Notes under the pieces: model-generated
Seen by the model: only the letters and a program-made list of their open reading frames with translations
Database searches by the model: none
What the model was told of the DNA's origin: nothing
Made by a program: the position numbers and the translations under genes
Virus record (IMG/VR): IMGVR_UViG_3300042465_005830
Span: 1 to 64,000 of that record
Length of the DNA: 64,000 nucleotides
Source of the DNA: an uncultured virus (IMG/VR IMGVR_UViG_3300042465_005830)
Lineage: Duplodnaviria > Heunggongvirae > Uroviricota > Caudoviricetes
Strand: one strand, 5' to 3'
Shown: positions 59,111-64,000 of the stretch, piece by piece
Layout of the letters: every line of letters begins with the position of its first letter
Numbering within the stretch: the first letter of the stretch is position 1

Positions 59111-59587
59111 ATGATAAAATATTTACTTTTACTATTTACAATATTTAGTTTTAGTCAGGAACATATCCTAATAGGTGATTCGCAAACATACCTACTGGCC
59201 AGGCATTCAACTGAAATTAAACAAGTAAAACAGTTATGCCAATCAGGTATAGGTGTTGTTAAATTGAATAGGAAGACACTTAAATACCCTGTATCTCCTG
59301 CAGTTAAAAGCGTATGTGTATGCATAGGAGTAAACGATGGATACAAGGACAGAGGTATAGATGTTTTATTAAATACTATTAAGAGAACTTTTCCAAATGC
59401 TCGTCTTTTTATCATTCAAGGCTCATGGGGTTGGGGTACAGTAAGAAGAATGAACCAAAGTACTCTAGACAGGTACTACAAACAATTTCCAGGAACAATA
59501 ATACATCCGGCAATTGGAAAAGGAGATCCACATAAGGGTAAAAAAGTTTATAAAATTATAATGAAAAGTTTGGAAAGCCAAATATAA
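59111..59587 (+). CDS. secreted SGNH/GDSL-like hydrolase
   Basis: Signal peptide; IGDSQ, IGVND, DPH. Confidence 0.55.
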   Translation: MIKYLLLLFTIFSFSQEHILIGDSQTYLLARHSTEIKQVKQLCQSGIGVVKLNRKTLKYPVSPAVKSVCVCIGVNDGYKDRGIDVLLNTIKRTFPNARLFIIQGSWGWGTVRRMNQSTLDRYYKQFPGTIIHPAIGKGDPHKGKKVYKIIMKSLESQI

Positions 59588-59623
59588 TTTCATATATTTA
59601 GGTATAATTTAAAAGCAAAAGAT

Positions 59624-59854
59624 ATGATTTGGATTTTATTACTTTACGTTTTACCTCTACTAATATCAATAGTAGGTGTTTATTTTTTAGTTAAAAGAGA
59701 TGGAGGGGCTGTAAAAGAATTTTTAGAACCACTACCTTATTTACTCATTCCCTTACTTAATATTGCTGCTGTGGTAGTAGGTATATATTTTCTTATTGAG
59801 AAATTTCTAGATGAAGATGAATCTTGGCAGAACTTTAAAAACAAAAAACTATAA
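59624..59854 (+). CDS. small membrane protein
   Basis: Two TM segments. Confidence 0.55.
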   Translation: MIWILLLYVLPLLISIVGVYFLVKRDGGAVKEFLEPLPYLLIPLLNIAAVVVGIYFLIEKFLDEDESWQNFKNKKL

Positions 59855-60555
59855 TGAAAATAACATTCATATCAGATACACATACACGGCAAGGACAAAT
59901 ACCATATTCAGATTTACCTGGTGGTGATTTACTAATCCATGCTGGTGATATTATGAACTCAGGATACAATAAGAATGATATCTTTGATTTCTTACACTGG
60001 TATGATTCAATTCCAGGCTACGATAAGAAAGTGTTCATAGCAGGTAATCATGATAGAATGTTTCAAAACCATCCTGAAGATGTAAAAGAATGGTTATCTA
60101 AATTTCCAAACATAATCTATCTGCAAGACGAGGCATACGAGATATATGACTTAGCAACAGATAAGAGCATTAAGATTTACGGATCACCTTGGCAACCAGA
60201 ATTCTATTCATGGGCATTTAATTTACAAAGAAACAGTCTTGAATTATCAGGCAAGTGGGAAGCAATTCCTGACAACACAGACATCTTAATCACACACGGC
60301 CCGGCTTGGGGTTCTGTTGATACAGTAGAAGGAAGACCTTGGGACAATTTAGGATGTGAATTATTAGCAGAAAGAATTCAGAGATTTAGACCAAAGATCC
60401 ATGTCTGTGGACATATTCATTCAGGATATGGAGTTGAGACTATTGACGGCATACATTATATAAATGCCTCAGTATTAGACGAAAGATACGAATATACTCA
60501 GAAGCCTTGGAATATAGAATGGGATTCTGAAAGTAATATATTATTTGTAAAATAA
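59854..60555 (+). CDS. metallophosphoesterase (MPPED/239FB-like)
   Basis: ISDTH, HAGD, AGNHD, ITHGP, CGHIH. Confidence 0.88.
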   Translation: MKITFISDTHTRQGQIPYSDLPGGDLLIHAGDIMNSGYNKNDIFDFLHWYDSIPGYDKKVFIAGNHDRMFQNHPEDVKEWLSKFPNIIYLQDEAYEIYDLATDKSIKIYGSPWQPEFYSWAFNLQRNSLELSGKWEAIPDNTDILITHGPAWGSVDTVEGRPWDNLGCELLAERIQRFRPKIHVCGHIHSGYGVETIDGIHYINASVLDERYEYTQKPWNIEWDSESNILFVK

Positions 60556-60623
60556 ATAGAAAAAGGCTTGCATATGTGAGTCTTTTTTCTTATCTTTAAG
60601 TATTAATTAAAAACAAAAAGGTT

Positions 60624-60998
60624 ATGTTTAGAAGAACTAGAATTAAGATTGCTAAGAAATTTAGACAACAATTAACTCAAGAAGACTTAAGAGGGTATAG
60701 AAATATACTTAAATTGCTTTATCATCCTAAAGCAGAAACACCCCTTAAAGATCCAGAGGTAGCTAAATACTTTATTCAAGTACCTTGCCTTCACCTTGAT
60801 CTGATCATCGATATAGAGAAAGCAGAAATTGTAAATACAAAACAAATCTACCCTCTTAACCTTGATAAGAAAGTAACAGAGCGTGCTGTACAGAGAATCA
60901 AAGAAGAAGTATCAAAACAAAGAGCAGACCTTGAAGATACAATCAGAGGTAAAAAACAAAACATATTAGACAATTTATACGTTAAAGTAAAATGGTAA
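60624..60998 (+). CDS. hypothetical protein
   Basis: ORF after a terminator/promoter. Confidence 0.55.
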   Translation: MFRRTRIKIAKKFRQQLTQEDLRGYRNILKLLYHPKAETPLKDPEVAKYFIQVPCLHLDLIIDIEKAEIVNTKQIYPLNLDKKVTERAVQRIKEEVSKQRADLEDTIRGKKQNILDNLYVKVKW

Positions 60999-61210
60999 AA
61001 ACATTATTGACAGTGACGGTGAATGGAAATGAAATTGCATTTATAAAAGATGCAGGACATTATTTCATTCATTGGGGAGAGCAAGGAAAGCCTAGAGCAG
61101 TAAAGAAGATAACAACTCCATCTGGAAGAAAGCCTTCACAGAACTCAGCACATAAACAATTTATGGAAGCAGTAGAAGCAACTAGAGTATTAAAATTTAG
61201 TAGATTATAA
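60992..61210 (+). CDS. hypothetical protein
   Basis: ORF track. Confidence 0.5.
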   Translation: MVKTLLTVTVNGNEIAFIKDAGHYFIHWGEQGKPRAVKKITTPSGRKPSQNSAHKQFMEAVEATRVLKFSRL

Positions 61211-61428
61211 TGGCAGCAGAAAGTAACACACCAGTAGATATTGAAATTTGGATTGAGAAAGTAATCAATTCATGTGAGACGCTAGCACATCGTATGAATG
61301 CTTATAAATTAGTAAGACTTTATGTAAAAAGATTACAGGACGAAGGAATGCCTTACTACCAATATACCCACATTAGAGATAAGTTTGAAGGCATCTTATG
61401 GCATTTAGAAGAAAATATAAAAAACTAA
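61210..61428 (+). CDS. hypothetical protein
   Basis: ORF track. Confidence 0.5.
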   Translation: MAAESNTPVDIEIWIEKVINSCETLAHRMNAYKLVRLYVKRLQDEGMPYYQYTHIRDKFEGILWHLEENIKN

Positions 61429-61431
61429 AGT

Positions 61432-61623
61432 ATGGCAGGACTATTTGACATGATGGATATGGCCATCGCAGATGAATTAGGAGTTGATGTAGAAGTATAC
61501 ATTGACATAATTGAAAAATGTACTGAAGAAGAAGCAAACTTTATTATTCTAGCTATTCTAGAAGAAGATACTAACAATATAGAAAAAGCAAAAGAAATGT
61601 TTAATAAGTATTTGAATGAATAA
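61432..61623 (+). CDS. acidic hypothetical protein
   Basis: ORF track. Confidence 0.5.
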   Translation: MAGLFDMMDMAIADELGVDVEVYIDIIEKCTEEEANFIILAILEEDTNNIEKAKEMFNKYLNE

Positions 61624-62770
61624 ACTAGATAAACAATACACAGACTTACTCCAGACAATACTAGAACATGGTGTTGATAAGAAAGATAGAACAGGTACAG
61701 GAACAAAATCAATCTTCGGTTATACTATCAGACATAACATGAAGGATGGTTTTCCTTTGCTTACAACTAAGAAAATGCCATTCAAAACAATTGTAACTGA
61801 ACTGTTATGGTTTTTACAGGGTAGTACTAATATAAAATATTTGGTCGATAATAATTGCCATATTTGGGATGGTGATGCCTTTAAAAATTATGTGAACACA
61901 TACAAAGGAAACTTTCCAATGGGTATGGAAGAGTTTATTGAAACTATTAAAACAAATGATAAGTTTGCTGAAAGATGGGGTAATTTAGGACCAATCTACG
62001 GTAAACAATGGAGAGGTTGGAACTCAATAGATAACTCTGATTTTGATATGAGGATGAATATATATGAAGTAGACCAAATCCGTAGACTTATCGCAGACCT
62101 TACCAACAATCCAGACTCAAGACGAATGATGGTTAATGCTTGGAATGTTGGAGAATTAGATCAAATGGTACTTCCACCTTGTCATTATGGATTTCAAGTT
62201 TATACAAGAGAGTTGAGTCACGAAGAAAGGTATAATGAATATAATATTAAATTTAAAGATAGATGTACCGCAGATTGTTACACTAAAGAAGATTTTGACA
62301 GTAAAGGAATACCAACCAGAGCAATCTCTTTAATGTGGAATCAACGTTCAGTAGATACATTCTTAGGTTTACCATTCAACATTGCTTCTTATGGATTATT
62401 ATTGATGATGTTAGCAGATGAAGTAAATATGGTTCCTGATCAATTGATTGGTAATTTAGGAGATGTTCATTTGTATTCAAATCATATTGAACAAGCCAAA
62501 GAACAAATTGGGAGAGATTTAACTAATGAAGAGAGGTATAATATATGGTTTAGTAACAATTATGAAACGGGTATGGAAAGATTTTTTAACCCAAATGAAT
62601 TACCTGACTTTGATAATGAATATTACAAACCAACACCAACAAGAACAAGAGAACCTTATCCACTACCAACAGTTCATGTTAGAGATGGAATATATTGTTC
62701 ATCAATAGAAGATGTATTGTTATTTAATTATCAATCACATCCAGCAATTAAAGCACCTTTAAGCAATTAG
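61616..62770 (+). CDS. thyA: thymidylate synthase with insertions
   Basis: DRTGTGT, ELLWFL, LGPIYGKQWR, LPPCH, QRSVDTFLGLPFN, DVHLYSNH. Confidence 0.95.
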   Translation: MNKLDKQYTDLLQTILEHGVDKKDRTGTGTKSIFGYTIRHNMKDGFPLLTTKKMPFKTIVTELLWFLQGSTNIKYLVDNNCHIWDGDAFKNYVNTYKGNFPMGMEEFIETIKTNDKFAERWGNLGPIYGKQWRGWNSIDNSDFDMRMNIYEVDQIRRLIADLTNNPDSRRMMVNAWNVGELDQMVLPPCHYGFQVYTRELSHEERYNEYNIKFKDRCTADCYTKEDFDSKGIPTRAISLMWNQRSVDTFLGLPFNIASYGLLLMMLADEVNMVPDQLIGNLGDVHLYSNHIEQAKEQIGRDLTNEERYNIWFSNNYETGMERFFNPNELPDFDNEYYKPTPTRTREPYPLPTVHVRDGIYCSSIEDVLLFNYQSHPAIKAPLSN

Positions 62771-62772
62771 AA

Positions 62773-63087
62773 ATGAAAGTACCAAAAGCAAAAGTAAAAA
62801 AAATAGTTAAGGAGTATAAAGACGCCACTAGAAAAGAAATCTGGGAAGGAGTAAGAGATAATTTTACTTTTGCCTTTATTGGAGCAACTCTAGTTGTATT
62901 CATTGCAACAAGAACAGACATTGCAGTATTACTGGGATATCTAGCATACTATGCCTTTATGGGTAGGCTATTAAACAGGCCTAAATACGTTACAGATTTA
63001 GGAAAACTAATAGTATTTCCAATACCTTCAGCACTTGGAGCATTTGTAGGGTATAAGTTGAGCTACTACTTAATACAGTACATATGA
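62773..63087 (+). CDS. membrane protein
   Basis: Hydrophobic segments. Confidence 0.55.
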   Translation: MKVPKAKVKKIVKEYKDATRKEIWEGVRDNFTFAFIGATLVVFIATRTDIAVLLGYLAYYAFMGRLLNRPKYVTDLGKLIVFPIPSALGAFVGYKLSYYLIQYI

Positions 63088-63422
63088 ATTTTATAATAGG
63101 TTTTAGCTTCGGAGTACTGGCACAAGTACTTACATTTGTACAACTACAAGGACAATTCAGATGGGAATGGTTTAAACAACATCCAATGATTATTTCACTA
63201 ATGGGGGTACCAATTTCCTTTCTTTATATTATGTCTGTAAAGTATATGGTATCGCATTTTGGAGGAGAGTTATGGCCTTCAAGACTGATGGGCTTTTCAA
63301 TAGGAGCAATAGTATTTAGTTATATGGCACATTTATGGTTTCAAGAACCATTTACTTTGAAGACACTTATATGTCTTGGATTAGCTTTTGCAATAATGAT
63401 GGTTCAATTATTTTGGAAATGA
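63084..63422 (+). CDS. small multi-pass membrane protein (SMR/DMT-like size)
   Basis: Four hydrophobic segments. Confidence 0.55.
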   Translation: MNFIIGFSFGVLAQVLTFVQLQGQFRWEWFKQHPMIISLMGVPISFLYIMSVKYMVSHFGGELWPSRLMGFSIGAIVFSYMAHLWFQEPFTLKTLICLGLAFAIMMVQLFWK

Positions 63423-63721
63423 AAAAACTAGAAACATGTCACCACTGCGGTGAAGAAAAAGAAAATTGTTATCACGGATTTATAACAATGTGCATTCCTG
63501 TTCCTGAAATGGAAGCAATGATTGATAAATGGGGAAGAAAAGATTGGTGGAATAATTTAGAAAGAGAAGATCTTACTGAAGAAGAAATGAAAGAACTAGA
63601 TAACCTATCAATGTACGATCAGATGTTAAGCACTGTTGGAAGAGGAGTTCAATGTGAGGACTGTGGAAAGAAAGAAGCAGAGTTGTACGAAAAATACTAT
63701 CCAAAAAGTTTGGAGTCTTAA
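63419..63721 (+). CDS. hypothetical protein with CxxC pairs
   Basis: ATG at 63419; CHHC ... CEDC. Confidence 0.55.
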   Translation: MKKLETCHHCGEEKENCYHGFITMCIPVPEMEAMIDKWGRKDWWNNLEREDLTEEEMKELDNLSMYDQMLSTVGRGVQCEDCGKKEAELYEKYYPKSLES

Positions 63722-63745
63722 AATAAATTTCGTATATTAAAAACT

Positions 63746-64000
63746 ATGAATAATAAATTTACATTCCACGTATTAGGACTTCCTCATACAATCACTAATA
63801 GAGAATTTGTAGCATGTGCTTATACACAAAAAGCTTGGAAATTCTGTAAGATGATGGGAGAGAGAGGGCATACTATATACCATTACGGACATGAGGAGAG
63901 CGACGCTCCATATGCGGAAAACGTAACAGTTATTACCAATAAGGTATGGAAAAAGGTATATGGTACTCACGACTATAAATCTAAATTCTTTAAGTACAAT
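63746..64000 (+). CDS. 3'-truncated probable glycosyltransferase
   Basis: MNNKFTFHVLGLPHT..CAYTQK..M.ERGHTIYHYG resembles a GT-B N-terminal domain; the frame runs off the window end. Confidence 0.5.
   Translation, partial: MNNKFTFHVLGLPHTITNREFVACAYTQKAWKFCKMMGERGHTIYHYGHEESDAPYAENVTVITNKVWKKVYGTHDYKSKFFKYN

Overview
This window is 64 kb of an AT-rich, large myovirus (contractile-tail phage) genome, with essentially all genes on the + strand. The host is most likely a Bacteroidota member. The evidence is a type IX secretion (T9SS) C-terminal sorting domain, lipoprotein signal peptides, A-rich translation starts without Shine-Dalgarno sequences, and TAnnTTT(A) promoter boxes. Gene order: tail-fibre/adhesin cluster (1-15.1 kb); tail sheath, tube, chaperone, tape measure and baseplate (15.2-28.1 kb); replication and nucleotide genes (short PolA, SSB, RecA/UvsX, 5'-3' exonuclease, DnaB, nrdB/nrdA; 28.2-37.6 kb); a secreted cohesin/dockerin/C-type-lectin/T9SS/CsgG cassette (37.6-43.5 kb); thioredoxin and queC; a tRNA array covering all 20 amino acids, interleaved with structured spacer RNAs and an HNH gene (46.7-51.8 kb); RNA end-healing and sealing genes; thyA; and small ORFs. 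Four observations stand out. (1) An intergenic group I ribozyme whose internal guide sequence pairs with a splice site located downstream of its terminal G, suggesting a naturally permuted, circle-forming group I intron. (2) A phage-encoded cohesin-dockerin surface-display cassette. (3) A 47-codon leader peptide containing all 20 amino acids, with terminator/antiterminator geometry, directly upstream of the 20-amino-acid tRNA array. (4) A roughly 300-nt structured RNA with an in-phase hexamer array. All calls come from manual motif reading; no database searches or folding programs were run.
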